From a bacterium (lineage in GTDB: Archaea > Thermoplasmatota > E2 > JACPAO01 > JAHFTW01), in the NCBI GenBank assembly GCA_040390065.1, contig JAZJZE010000009.1:1-64000 (forward strand): a DNA stretch of 64,000 nucleotides. The letters are read 5' to 3'. Shown one piece after another: positions 9,472 through 19,170 of the stretch. Both the position numbers and the translations under genes were made by a program. Positions within the stretch are counted from its first letter, which is position 1; every line of letters begins with the position of its first letter. The notes under the pieces are model-generated. The model ran no database searches, was not told the DNA's origin, and was given only the letters and a program-made list of their open reading frames with translations.

Positions 9472-10653
9472 CTATGCCGGCGCGAGGACCGCTGCGGTCA
9501 CGGCGCCGGCCAACGGTTCTGTGGCACCAAGGAGCTCGGCCTCCGTCACAACCAGGGGTGGTGCAAGGCGGACGACGGACTTTCCCGCTTGGCCAACGAG
9601 GTAGCCCGCCTTTCGCATCGCGGCAACGACGTCTGGCGCCGTCGGCGTGGCAAGGGGCAGGCCGAGAAGCAGGCCGCGGCCACGCGCCGTCACCCCGAGT
9701 TCCTGCATGCGGGCGAGGAACAGGCCTCCGAGCCGACCAGCCCGCGTGACCAGTTGTTCCTTGGCAAGCACGTCCAGGACGGCGTTGCCGGCGGCACATG
9801 CGATTGGGTTGCCGCCGAAGGTGCAGCCGTGCGAACCGGGGCCAAGCAGTTTCGCTGCGCTAGGCTTCGCAAGCATGGCGCCGAGCGGCAGGCCTCCTCC
9901 GATGCCCTTCGCCATCGTGATCACGTCGGGGTCGAGCCTGTCGTGCTCGAAGCCGAAGAACTTGCCCGTGCGGCCGACGCCCGTCTGCACTTCGTCGGCG
10001 ACCAGAAGGGCGCCGTTCTGCGACGTCAGGCGGGCCATCGTGTTTGCCAGGTCGGGCGACATGGGCGTGACGCCGCCTTCGCCTTGCACCGACTCGAAGA
10101 AGACGCCGGCCACGCGATGCTTGGCGAAGGCCGCGTCGAGGGCCGCGGGGTCGTTGAAGGGGACGTGGACGATCTGGCCCGGCAGCGGAGCGAAGCCTTC
10201 GTGGTAGTGCGGTTGGCCGGTCAAGGCCAAGGAGCCCGTCGTGCGGCCATGGAAGGAGTTGGCAAAGGCCACGACGACTGCGTCGGGCATGCCTTGGGCG
10301 TGGGCGTGGCGACGCAACAACTTGAGCGCCGCTTCGTTGGCCTCGGTTCCTGAATTGACAAACAGCGCCTGATGGCCGCCACTGAGAGCCTGCAGCCGTT
10401 CCGCCAGCAGGAGGCTTGGGGCGTTGGCGTAGAGGTTGGACGTGTGGCCCAAAGTCGCCACCTGCCGCGTGACCGCCTCGACGATCGCGGGATGAGCGTG
10501 GCCGAGGGCGTTGACCGCGACGCCCGCCATGAGGTCGGTGTAGGAGCGGCCTTCGGAATCGTCGACGCGGGCCCCACGGCCGCGCACGAGTTGCAGCGAT
10601 GGCGTCGCGTAGTTGGGAAGCATGGCGGCCTCCCATCGCGTGGTGAGGGTCAT
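9472..10653 (-). CDS. argD: Acetylornithine aminotransferase
   Basis: NSGTEANEAALK, FHGRT, DEVQTGVGRTG, AKGIGGG; ATGA overlap with argB. Confidence 0.93.
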   Translation of the reverse strand: MTLTTRWEAAMLPNYATPSLQLVRGRGARVDDSEGRSYTDLMAGVAVNALGHAHPAIVEAVTRQVATLGHTSNLYANAPSLLLAERLQALSGGHQALFVNSGTEANEAALKLLRRHAHAQGMPDAVVVAFANSFHGRTTGSLALTGQPHYHEGFAPLPGQIVHVPFNDPAALDAAFAKHRVAGVFFESVQGEGGVTPMSPDLANTMARLTSQNGALLVADEVQTGVGRTGKFFGFEHDRLDPDVITMAKGIGGGLPLGAMLAKPSAAKLLGPGSHGCTFGGNPIACAAGNAVLDVLAKEQLVTRAGRLGGLFLARMQELGVTARGRGLLLGLPLATPTAPDVVAAMRKAGYLVGQAGKSVVRLAPPLVVTEAELLGATEPLAGAVTAAVLAPA

Positions 10654-11429
10654 GGCCCCGCCAACCCGGCTTCGACGAGCGTGCCGTCGGCGCGGCCATG
10701 CACGACGGCGTTCTGGAGTGTTCCAGCAGAGAGCCGCGTGATGAGGACGCGCGCGACGCCGGCTTCGATGGCGGCGACGGCGCCGTGCAACTTGGGGATC
10801 ATGCCGCCCGTGGCCGCGTTGCCGACCAAGGCGCGGGCTTGCGGTGGCGTGAGGCGCGATAGGGTCATGCCGTCGCTGCCGCGCACGGCCGAAACATCGG
10901 TCGCAAGGACGAGCCACTCGCAGCGGATGGAGGCGGCGACTGCGCAGGCTCCCTCGTCCGCGTTGACGTTGAGCGCTCCCGCGGCGTCGAAGCCGACGGG
11001 CGTCACGACGGGGACGTGTGTCGGGGTGGCAAGCACCGCGACCGCGCCGGCAAAGCGCGTCACGGCCCCCACGCGGCCGAGGTCGCCGCCGGGGACTTTC
11101 TTGACTTGCGCCTCGAAGGTGCGCTGGGCGGCCGGCATGTGGAAGGTCGCCAAACCATGCGTGGCGAGTTGCTTCGACAGTTCGGCGCCGATCTGGTCCA
11201 TGACGCGCAAGACGACGGCAGCCGCCGCTGGGCTCGTGACCCGCAGGCCGTCGATCTTGTGGACGGTTTCCCCGAGCGATGCCAGGGCCTGGTCGATCTG
11301 GGGCCCGCCGCCGTGCACGATGACGACGTTGTGGCCTGCAGCGCGTAGGGCGCGGCATTCCGCGGCAACGAGGCGGACCTGCTCTGGGTCGAGGACGACG
11401 TTGCCGCCGAGTTTCAGGACGATTCGCAT
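10650..11429 (-). CDS. argB: Acetylglutamate kinase (short form)
   Basis: KLGG, VHGGGPQI, GLRVT, NVNAD, GGMIPK. Confidence 0.92.
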   Translation of the reverse strand: MRIVLKLGGNVVLDPEQVRLVAAECRALRAAGHNVVIVHGGGPQIDQALASLGETVHKIDGLRVTSPAAAAVVLRVMDQIGAELSKQLATHGLATFHMPAAQRTFEAQVKKVPGGDLGRVGAVTRFAGAVAVLATPTHVPVVTPVGFDAAGALNVNADEGACAVAASIRCEWLVLATDVSAVRGSDGMTLSRLTPPQARALVGNAATGGMIPKLHGAVAAIEAGVARVLITRLSAGTLQNAVVHGRADGTLVEAGLAGP

Positions 11430-11437
11430 GGCAACCC

Positions 11438-12787
11438 TCACGTCGTGTACGCCGAGTTGAAGGTGACGTATTCCTCGGACAGGTCGCAGCCCCACGCCTC
11501 TGCGTTGTGGTCGCCAAGCCCCAGGCGGACCCGGATGCGCACTTCCTTCGCCTTGAGGACGTCGGAGGCCTGGCTCAGGAGATTGCCGGCCAGCGGCTCG
11601 CCGCGTTCGAGGACTGGGACGGAGCCGTGCTCGGACTCGAACCAGACGCTGACCTTGGACGGGTCGACGAGCGCGCCGCACGCGCCGACCGCGGCGACGA
11701 TGCGCCCCCAGTTGGGGTCCTTGCCGTGCAGCGCCGACTTCACGAGGTTGCTGGACGCGACGGCCCGCGCGATGGTGCGGGCGTCACTCAAGGTGCTTGC
11801 GCCCTCGACGCTGACCTCCATGAGGCTGGTTGCGCCCTCGCCGTCGCCGGCGATGTGCTTGGCGAGTGTCTTGCAGGCAAGCTGCAGGCCCGCCTGGAAT
11901 GCCTCGGCATCGACGGTGCCCTTGCGCAGGTTGGGCCCACCGGCCGCGCCGTTGGCTATGATGGCGCACGTGTCGTTGGTGGATTGGTCGCCGTCAATCG
12001 TGATCATGTTGAACGTCGCGTTCACGGCCTCCTTGAGGTTCGCCTGGAGGTACGTCGAGTTGAGTGGCGCGTCGGTCACGAGGAAACCGAGCATCGTGGC
12101 CATGTTCGGATGGATCATTCCCGCACCCTTGGCGATGCCCGCAATGTGAAAGGTGCGCGTCTTGCCACCAGCGGCCGGCACCTTGACCTCGATGAAGACG
12201 TGCTTCGGGTGCGAATCCGTCGTCGTGATGGCTTCCGCCGCTTCGCCGCCCGTGGCGTCGCGCAGGGTTGCAGCGCACTCGTCGATGCCGGAGATGACCT
12301 TCTCGATGGGAAGGGGGCGGCCGATGATGCCGGTGCTGCAGACGATGAGCTGGTCCGCCGTGAGGCCGAGCTTGGCTGCGGCGTGGGCGGCCATCGCCCG
12401 CGCGTCGGCGAGGCCCTGCTCGCCTGTGCATGCGTTGGCGTTGCCGGCGTTGCACACGATGGCGCGGATGTCGCCGTTCTCCACGTGCTCACGGCTTACG
12501 ATGACGGGCGCAGCGCAGAACGCGTTCTGGGTGAAGACCGCGGCACCCTTGGAGGGGCGGTCGCTCACGATGAGGCAGACGTCGCGGCGCTTCTTCTTGA
12601 TCTGCGCCCAGACGCCCTGGGCAAGGAAGCCGGGCACGTGGTTGAGGTGCTTGTCGGGCTGCACCGTGAGGGTGTAGGCGGGGCTTGCCGTGGTCGTGGT
12701 CTGCGTCATGTCAGTCAGGCTCGGTTCTGCGGGGGGATGGATGGGGTCGATGCGCGCCAGGCTGCGGCGCCAGCCGAGGAGGACCAT
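11438..12787 (-). CDS. argJ: Glutamate N-acetyltransferase / ornithine acetyltransferase
   Basis: NAGNANACTG, STGIIG, KGAGMIHPNMATML autoproteolysis site, DGDQSTND, WGCDLS. Start is 12787 (TAATG overlap with argC) or 12709. Confidence 0.94.
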   Translation of the reverse strand: MVLLGWRRSLARIDPIHPPAEPSLTDMTQTTTTASPAYTLTVQPDKHLNHVPGFLAQGVWAQIKKKRRDVCLIVSDRPSKGAAVFTQNAFCAAPVIVSREHVENGDIRAIVCNAGNANACTGEQGLADARAMAAHAAAKLGLTADQLIVCSTGIIGRPLPIEKVISGIDECAATLRDATGGEAAEAITTTDSHPKHVFIEVKVPAAGGKTRTFHIAGIAKGAGMIHPNMATMLGFLVTDAPLNSTYLQANLKEAVNATFNMITIDGDQSTNDTCAIIANGAAGGPNLRKGTVDAEAFQAGLQLACKTLAKHIAGDGEGATSLMEVSVEGASTLSDARTIARAVASSNLVKSALHGKDPNWGRIVAAVGACGALVDPSKVSVWFESEHGSVPVLERGEPLAGNLLSQASDVLKAKEVRIRVRLGLGDHNAEAWGCDLSEEYVTFNSAYTT

Positions 12788-13776
12788 TACGGACCCCCTC
12801 CGATGCGTGTCAGGCCGGTCGTCTCGTCGAGGCCCAGGGCGAGGTTCATGTTCTGCACGGCCGCGCCGCTGCCGCCCTTCACGAGGTTGTCGATGGCGCA
12901 GCGAGCCACGATGAGGCCGGCGTCGGTGTCGACGTCGACTGCGACGTCGGCGAAATTGCTGCCCCGCACGTGCGACGTGTCGGGTTCGGCCACGATGCGC
13001 ACGAAAGGCGTGTGGGCGTATGTGCTGGCGTACGCGGCCTTCACGGCGGCGGACGTCGCGCCCGAGACCAAGGGAAGGTAGACGGTGGCAAGAAGGCCGC
13101 GGTTCTGGGGCACGAGGTGCGGCGTGAAGCGGACCGGGCGCACCGGCGCAATCATGCCGTTGGATTCGATGCGGTTCGTCGCAAGGCGGATTTCGCCGAG
13201 GTGGTCGTGGCCAAGCACCTTGTAGGCCCGCACGGCCTCGTTGGTCTCGGCGTAGTGCAAGTCGGCGCGGGCCGTGGCTCCGGCTCCGGAGACGCCGGAC
13301 TTGCCGTCGGAGATGAGCGGGCCTGCTGCGACGAGGTGCGACTTGAGCGCCGGCCCGGCGGCAACCATCGTCGCCGTGGGATAGCATCCGGGATTTGCGA
13401 TGCGGCGCGTCCCCTTGGGCACCGGCATGAACTCCGACAAGCCGTAGGTCCAACCGGAGCCTGCCTCGAACGCGGCGGCCCGATGGGCACGGGAAAGGTC
13501 CACGATGAGCGGGACGTCCGCAAGCTCCGTCGCGTGCTTGAGGGCCTCCTCGGAATCCGTCGCGAGGAAGACGACGTCGGCGTCGTGGGCGGCTTGCGCA
13601 TGCGTCATGACCAGGTTGGTCAGGTGCCGGAAGGCTGGGACCGAGTCGCCGTAGGGCTTCCCCGCGTCGCCGCTTGTGACGGGGTGCAGCGCGCCGACAG
13701 CGGGGTGGGCGACCAGGAGGCGCATCAATTCACGGCCCAGGTAGCCCCGGGCGCCGATCACGGCGACGTCAACCAT
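12787..13776 (-). CDS. argC: N-acetyl-gamma-glutamyl-phosphate reductase
   Basis: GARGYLG, IANPGCYPT, SGVSGAG, IDNLVKGGSGAAVQNMN. Confidence 0.95.
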   Translation of the reverse strand: MVDVAVIGARGYLGRELMRLLVAHPAVGALHPVTSGDAGKPYGDSVPAFRHLTNLVMTHAQAAHDADVVFLATDSEEALKHATELADVPLIVDLSRAHRAAAFEAGSGWTYGLSEFMPVPKGTRRIANPGCYPTATMVAAGPALKSHLVAAGPLISDGKSGVSGAGATARADLHYAETNEAVRAYKVLGHDHLGEIRLATNRIESNGMIAPVRPVRFTPHLVPQNRGLLATVYLPLVSGATSAAVKAAYASTYAHTPFVRIVAEPDTSHVRGSNFADVAVDVDTDAGLIVARCAIDNLVKGGSGAAVQNMNLALGLDETTGLTRIGGGP

Positions 13777-13839
13777 TGCGAAGGACGACCCTAAACTCGG
13801 TGGCGATGATGATAACCATGATGGCGAGCAGGGAACAAG

Positions 13840-13868
13840 ATTGGGCACGTGTGTCCGAATTCGGACAC
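13840..13868. promoter_or_regulatory. Putative arginine-regulon operator, copy 2
   Basis: Perfect 18-bp palindrome GTGTCCGAATTCGGACAC (13851-13868) preceded by ATTGGGCACG, upstream of argC. Confidence 0.7.
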
Positions 13869-13870
13869 GC

Positions 13871-16024
13871 TCAGGTGCGGCGCTTCCTTGCGCCCTTCAT
13901 GGCCAAGGCGGCAAGCGGTGCGCAGCCGGCAAGGGTGCCGCCCGCCCACGCGGCCAGCGCCGGCCATGGATTTGGATGGGCGACGCCCTCGAGGACGGCC
14001 GAAGGCGGCGGGCGGGCGCGGCCGGCTTGCTTGGTGACGTCCGAACAAGCGTCGCCCAAACCGTTGCCGTCGACATCTTCCTGCGCCGGGTTCGGCACGG
14101 TCGGGCAGTTGTCCACGCCACCGAGCGCGGAATCGTTGGCAATCCCGTCGCCGTCGAGGTCTGCATCGCAGAGGTCGCCCATGCCGTCCCCGTCCATGTC
14201 GCGTTGCATGCGGTCGGCCACACGCGGGCAATCGTCGACGGCATCGGGAATGGCGTCCAGGTCCGCGTCCGGAGGCGGCACCGCGGCCGTTGGTTCTGCT
14301 GCGGGCTCCCCCGGCACATCGGGAGCCGTGGTGTCGCAGGCGTCGCCGATGCCGTCGCGGTCGGCGTCCCCTTGGTCGCGGTTCACGGCGGCGGGGCAAT
14401 TGTCTGCGCCGTCGGCCACCCCATCCATGTCGGAATCGCGGTCGCCAGGGTCATCCCGGACGACGACGTTGCAGGAGGATTGGCCGTCGCTGGCAGCGGA
14501 GCCGACGGTCACCGCATAGTCGCCCGCCTCGGCGTATTGCACGACAATGCCAGACGATCCCGGCTGCACGACTGCGGCACCCGGCGCGTCCCAGACGGGC
14601 TGGGCGGCCCCGGTCTGAACGATGGAGACGTACGCGCCGACGGCCGTGATCTGCGAGGCGGGCCGGCAGACGACGACCTCCGGGGCCGGCGGCCGCACGC
14701 TGACCGCGCAGGTTGCCGTCGTGGGCGGGTCGCCCTGGTCGCGGACCGTGATGGTGTAGTTGCCGACCTCCGAAAAGGCGCGGGTCATGACAGCCATCGC
14801 AGCCTGACCGTCGTCATCGCCTTCGAACGGGTCCCAGGCGTAGGGCGGCGTGCCGCCGGTCGCTTGCCACGTGGCCGAAGATCCTGGAGCAAGCGTCCGG
14901 AACGACGGGGAGCATGCAAGGGGCTCCGGCTCGGGCGGCGGTGGAGGCGATGGCGGCGGAGACGGAGGAGGTGGGGGCGGCGGGAGCGAGGGGTGGCAGC
15001 GAGGCGGACCGATGGCGACGATGTCATTGCGGAAGGCGGCGCCGTACGTCGCGGATGCCTGTCCGCCAAAGAGGTAGGCGCACCCGGCACCCATGTCGTA
15101 GACCGAGGGCGCCCCGTACTCCCCGTAGGGCAACGGCGTGGGCCACGACTGGACGGTCATGGCGGCCGGATCGAAGGCACCGATCCACGCCGACGGCTCG
15201 TTGGGGTGGTTCCACCCGCCGCGGCCGCCCATGATGATGGCGCGCGATCCGTCCCACACAGCCGTCAGTTCCGCCACGTCATCCGGCAAGCTGGCCGGGA
15301 GGATGGTGACGGAGCCAGGGCTCACGCCGGATGGCGGCACGAAGCGCAGGATACGTTGCGACGCGATCGGCCCCGTTCCATCCCAGCCGCCGATCGCGTA
15401 CGCCGCGGAGCCATCCCAGACGGCTGCCCCGGCGTATACGGCCACGGGCATGCGAAGCGCCAAGGTCGCCACGGTCTGCGCGGCCGGATCGAATTCGTAG
15501 ATGTTGTAGTTCCACGTGCCCCAAGCGCCGTCGACGTTCTCCCAGCCGCCGAAGACGTAGGCCTTGGAACCGGTCCACACGGCCATCGAGTCGGTGAGGC
15601 CGTACGGCAGGTGCGGCTTCATCGTTGTAAACGAACCGCCGCCGGCGGGGTCGAAGGCGAGGATGGTGTCCCAGACGTTGTTGTCGCCGCTGTCGCCCCA
15701 ACCACCGAAGAGGTAGGCAACCGAGCCGGCCCACACCGCCGGAAACCTTGTGCGCCACGTGGGAAGGTGCGCCGGCATGACCGTCGTGGTGCCAGCCACG
15801 GGATCGAAGTCCACGACTTCACTGGCACTGGCCAACGAGGCCTCGCCGCCGAAGATGTACGCGTGCGTCCCGGACCAGACAGCGGCTTGTCCGGCCTGCG
15901 GACTCGGCAGATGAACCGCGAGACTTTGCGCCGAGGCCCCCGGGGGAATCGCAGCCTCGGCGCCGCCGAACCCACCAAGGGCCAGCAAGGCGAGAAGCCC
16001 AGCCACCACGACGTTGGACCGCAT
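13871..16024 (-). CDS. Surface protein: Kelch beta-propeller, poly-Pro linker, thrombospondin type-3 Ca-binding repeats, C-terminal anchor
   Basis: Six Kelch-type repeats (AVWxGxxAYxFGG...FDP); DxDxDGxGDACD and DNCP repeats; signal peptide. Confidence 0.85.
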   Translation of the reverse strand: MRSNVVVAGLLALLALGGFGGAEAAIPPGASAQSLAVHLPSPQAGQAAVWSGTHAYIFGGEASLASASEVVDFDPVAGTTTVMPAHLPTWRTRFPAVWAGSVAYLFGGWGDSGDNNVWDTILAFDPAGGGSFTTMKPHLPYGLTDSMAVWTGSKAYVFGGWENVDGAWGTWNYNIYEFDPAAQTVATLALRMPVAVYAGAAVWDGSAAYAIGGWDGTGPIASQRILRFVPPSGVSPGSVTILPASLPDDVAELTAVWDGSRAIIMGGRGGWNHPNEPSAWIGAFDPAAMTVQSWPTPLPYGEYGAPSVYDMGAGCAYLFGGQASATYGAAFRNDIVAIGPPRCHPSLPPPPPPPSPPPSPPPPPEPEPLACSPSFRTLAPGSSATWQATGGTPPYAWDPFEGDDDGQAAMAVMTRAFSEVGNYTITVRDQGDPPTTATCAVSVRPPAPEVVVCRPASQITAVGAYVSIVQTGAAQPVWDAPGAAVVQPGSSGIVVQYAEAGDYAVTVGSAASDGQSSCNVVVRDDPGDRDSDMDGVADGADNCPAAVNRDQGDADRDGIGDACDTTAPDVPGEPAAEPTAAVPPPDADLDAIPDAVDDCPRVADRMQRDMDGDGMGDLCDADLDGDGIANDSALGGVDNCPTVPNPAQEDVDGNGLGDACSDVTKQAGRARPPPSAVLEGVAHPNPWPALAAWAGGTLAGCAPLAALAMKGARKRRT

Positions 16025-16091
16025 GCGAGCAGAAGCCCCCACAGCGGCATAAACGGTTGCGCTCAGGTTCGGCGCCGACCGTCCCAACTCG

Positions 16092-16934
16092 TCAGCCGGC
16101 CTTGAGCGAGTCCAGGTGCGCCTGCCCGTCGGCATGGCCCTGCGCGATGGTTTTCCGGATGGCCCCGAGGTCGCGCGACAGGCGGTGCAGGCCGGTGCTT
16201 CGCGTCGGCCGCACGACGCGGACCGTGGCGCCGGGGGGCGGATCGGCAGCGTACGCCATGGCCGCCTCCTTGATCTCGGCATGACGCAGGAGGCCGTTGC
16301 GCAGCGTGGGGAAACGACGGGCAATCATGGCTGCAAGGACACGGTTGTCCTTCCGGATGACGCCATCTTGCCAGTTGACGACGACCGTGACGTCGGTGGC
16401 CCCGTCCTCCACGGCCTTGCGCACCGGGATGGGGTCGTTGATGCCGCCGTCCAGGTAGTCAAGGCCGTCGATGCGCACGGGGCGGCCGGCCGCCAGGGGC
16501 AGGCGACCCGTCGCCTTGAGCCAGGGAATGACGGGCCCGTTGCGCAAGTCGTGGTACGTCGTGCCCCCGTCCTTCAGGCGGCAAGCGGTCACGTACACGG
16601 GGTACGGGCAACGATGGATTGCAGCTTGGTCGATGGGATGTTCCAATTCGTAGACGATCTCCAGCAACGCGTCGTGGTCCAGAAGCGGCCCCCGGCGGCG
16701 CAGGAAGCGGCGGTAACTGAGGATGCGGCGGTCGGCGGCGTAGGTCCACGTGTGCTCCGCATGCTTGGCCTGGCCTGCGGCGAACCAAGCCGCCAGTGCT
16801 CCGCCCGCCGAGGTGCCGTACACGGCATCCCACTTGGTATGTCCGGCCTCCTCGAATGCCGAAAGGACGCCGTTGGCGTACGCCGCCTTCATGCCGCCGC
16901 CTTCGATGACGAGGACGCGTTTGGCCGGAGGCAC
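16092..16934 (-). CDS. Patatin-like phospholipase
   Basis: EGGGMK, GTSAG, DGG motifs; start approximate. Confidence 0.88.
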   Translation of the reverse strand: MPPAKRVLVIEGGGMKAAYANGVLSAFEEAGHTKWDAVYGTSAGGALAAWFAAGQAKHAEHTWTYAADRRILSYRRFLRRRGPLLDHDALLEIVYELEHPIDQAAIHRCPYPVYVTACRLKDGGTTYHDLRNGPVIPWLKATGRLPLAAGRPVRIDGLDYLDGGINDPIPVRKAVEDGATDVTVVVNWQDGVIRKDNRVLAAMIARRFPTLRNGLLRHAEIKEAAMAYAADPPPGATVRVVRPTRSTGLHRLSRDLGAIRKTIAQGHADGQAHLDSLKAG

Positions 16935-16981
16935 GCACCAAACGAGCGGATTCCCGGTGAAAAGGTGCACGCTGGTGGCGG

Positions 16982-17707
16982 CTAGGTGCTGAGCTCGATG
17001 CGACTTGGCCACATGATGCCACGGCCGCGTGTAGGCAAGACGGCGCCCGTGAAGGACATGGCAAGGCTGAACGCGTCGGCACCAAGGGGAGCGTCAAGCC
17101 GCATGGGGATGCGCACGGCGACAAGGGAATCCTTGGTGAGGCAGTCGGTCTGGCCGCCCCCGGAGTAGGCGTATACAGTGGATCCCTCGGCGATGGTGGC
17201 GCCTTTCTGCAGCACCTTGGCAAACAGGGTCGCCGTGCCCATGCCGTCATGATCGATGTAGAACGTGACGTTGGCCCACGCGCCCTTTGGGAATCCCGTG
17301 GTGGCCTCGACGGAGACCCATGTCCCGAGGTCGGCGGGACCGGTCAAGGCCTGCACGCCCAGGGTGCCGCATGTGCTGGTGCTGCCCAGGTCCTGGTCAA
17401 GCTCCTCGTCCGAGGTTTGGATGTCTTGGCGCAGGTACCACGTCTCGTTGTGCGTGGGCGCGGGGGGTGGGGCATTTGGGCCCGGGCCCGACGGGGACGT
17501 GGTGGAGGACGTCGTCGTCGGAGGCGGTGCCTCGGAGGTCGCGGTCGAGGTCGTGCCGAAGGACGTCGGCGCTGCGGCGGGGCTCCCCGAATCCGTCGTC
17601 GTGGATGTACCTGTCTCCGCCGACTGCGAACAGCCAGGCAAGAGGAGAACGCCGACCATTGCAAGGGCCAGCGGGAGGTCACGCGTGCGCACGTCGGTGC
17701 GACGCAT
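16982..17707 (-). CDS. Putative lipoprotein with Ser/Thr/Pro linker
   Basis: LLLPGC lipobox-like signal followed by a low-complexity linker. Confidence 0.7.
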   Translation of the reverse strand: MRRTDVRTRDLPLALAMVGVLLLPGCSQSAETGTSTTTDSGSPAAAPTSFGTTSTATSEAPPPTTTSSTTSPSGPGPNAPPPAPTHNETWYLRQDIQTSDEELDQDLGSTSTCGTLGVQALTGPADLGTWVSVEATTGFPKGAWANVTFYIDHDGMGTATLFAKVLQKGATIAEGSTVYAYSGGGQTDCLTKDSLVAVRIPMRLDAPLGADAFSLAMSFTGAVLPTRGRGIMWPSRIELST

Positions 17708-17733
17708 TGGCCGGGTCTTAGCCCCTTCCGTTG

Positions 17734-19170
17734 CTAGCGGTTCACGGCGTGGATCGCCTTGCCGTGCAGCGCCTCGGCGGCCTCCATGATGCCTTCCGAC
17801 ATCGTGGGGTGGGGGTGGACCATCAGGGCCAGATCCTCGACCGTTGCGCCCATCTCGAGGGCCAGGACGGCCTCCGAGATGAGGTCACTTGCATTGGCGC
17901 CAAGGATGTGGATGCCAAGCACGCGGTCCGTCTTGGCGTCGGCGACAATCTTGTAGAATCCGTCGGGTTCGGAGGCGGCCAGAGCACGGCCCAGTCCGGC
18001 GACGTTGAAGGTCCCCGTTCGCACGTCGTGGCCGGCGGCCTTTGCCTGCACTTCGGTGAGTCCGGCCGTTGCGACTTCCGGGTCGGTAAAGATGACGCCC
18101 GGAATGGTCACCCAGTCCGCGGCGGCGCCCTTCTTGCCCGCGATGGCCTCTGCCGCCACGATGCCCTCCTTGGACGCCTTGTGGGCGAGCATTGGGCCGG
18201 GCGTGATGTCGCCGATTGCGTACACGGACGGGACGGAGGTGCGCATCTGTTTGTCCGTCGGCACAAAGCCGCGTTCGTCGACCGTGACGCCGGCCTTGTC
18301 GAAGCCGAGGTTCTTCGTGTTGGGGCGGCGGCCGACGGAGACGAGGACGTAGTCGCAATCGATGACCTGTTCCTTGCCGGCGGCATCGAATGTGAGCTTG
18401 ACGGACGAGCCCGAGACCTTGGCTTCCTTGGCCCGCGCAGAGAGGTGAAGCGAGAAGCCCTTGCGTTTGAGGATGCGCTCGAGGCCCTTCGCGATGTCGA
18501 CGTCGACGCCGGGGATGAGCTGGTCCATCATCTCGATGACCGTGACCTTGCTGCCGAGGTTGGCGTAGGCGCAGCCGAGTTCGAGGCCGATGACGCCGCC
18601 GCCGATCACGACGATGTGCTTCGGGACCTCGCGCAATTCGAGGGCACCCGTGCTCGACAGGATGCGCTTCTCGTCGAACTTGAAGCCCGGAATCTCGATC
18701 GTGCTCGAACCCGTCCCGACGATGATGCTCTTGGCCTGCAACGAGCGCCGGGATGGTCCCGCGACATCGATCGAGTTGGCTCCAGTGAGTGTGGCACGGC
18801 CTTGAAGCACTTCGACTTTGTTGGCCTTGAGGAGCCCCGCAACGCCGGATGTGAGCTTGTCGACGACGGATTGCTTCCAGGCGACCAGTTTGCCCATGTC
18901 GACGGCCGCGGCGCCAAACGAGATGCCCTTGTCGCCGGCGTGGGTGGCGTGCTTGAAGTCCTTGGCGGCGGAGATGACGGCTTTGGACGGGATGCAGCCG
19001 ACGTTGAGGCAGACGCCGCCGAGCTTGCCCTCGTCGATGATGATGGTCCGGAGCCCGAGTTGGCCGCAGCGGATGGCTGCAACGTATCCGCCGGGACCGG
19101 CGCCGATGACCGCCACGTCGTAGGAATCGCCCGGCTTGGCTGCGACCGCCTGGCCTTGCGCCTGGACCAT
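17734..19170 (-). CDS. lpdA: Dihydrolipoamide dehydrogenase (E3)
   Basis: GAGPGG, GGVCLNVGCIPSK, GGGVIG, HPHPTMSE. Confidence 0.96.
   Translation of the reverse strand: MVQAQGQAVAAKPGDSYDVAVIGAGPGGYVAAIRCGQLGLRTIIIDEGKLGGVCLNVGCIPSKAVISAAKDFKHATHAGDKGISFGAAAVDMGKLVAWKQSVVDKLTSGVAGLLKANKVEVLQGRATLTGANSIDVAGPSRRSLQAKSIIVGTGSSTIEIPGFKFDEKRILSSTGALELREVPKHIVVIGGGVIGLELGCAYANLGSKVTVIEMMDQLIPGVDVDIAKGLERILKRKGFSLHLSARAKEAKVSGSSVKLTFDAAGKEQVIDCDYVLVSVGRRPNTKNLGFDKAGVTVDERGFVPTDKQMRTSVPSVYAIGDITPGPMLAHKASKEGIVAAEAIAGKKGAAADWVTIPGVIFTDPEVATAGLTEVQAKAAGHDVRTGTFNVAGLGRALAASEPDGFYKIVADAKTDRVLGIHILGANASDLISEAVLALEMGATVEDLALMVHPHPTMSEGIMEAAEALHGKAIHAVNR

Noticed and set aside
13841-16105. Long antisense or alternative-frame ORFs (for example 13841-16105, 26717-28465, 41871-43949, 45479-47401)
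   Set aside because: Shadow ORFs expected opposite real genes in high-GC DNA; no recognisable motifs.
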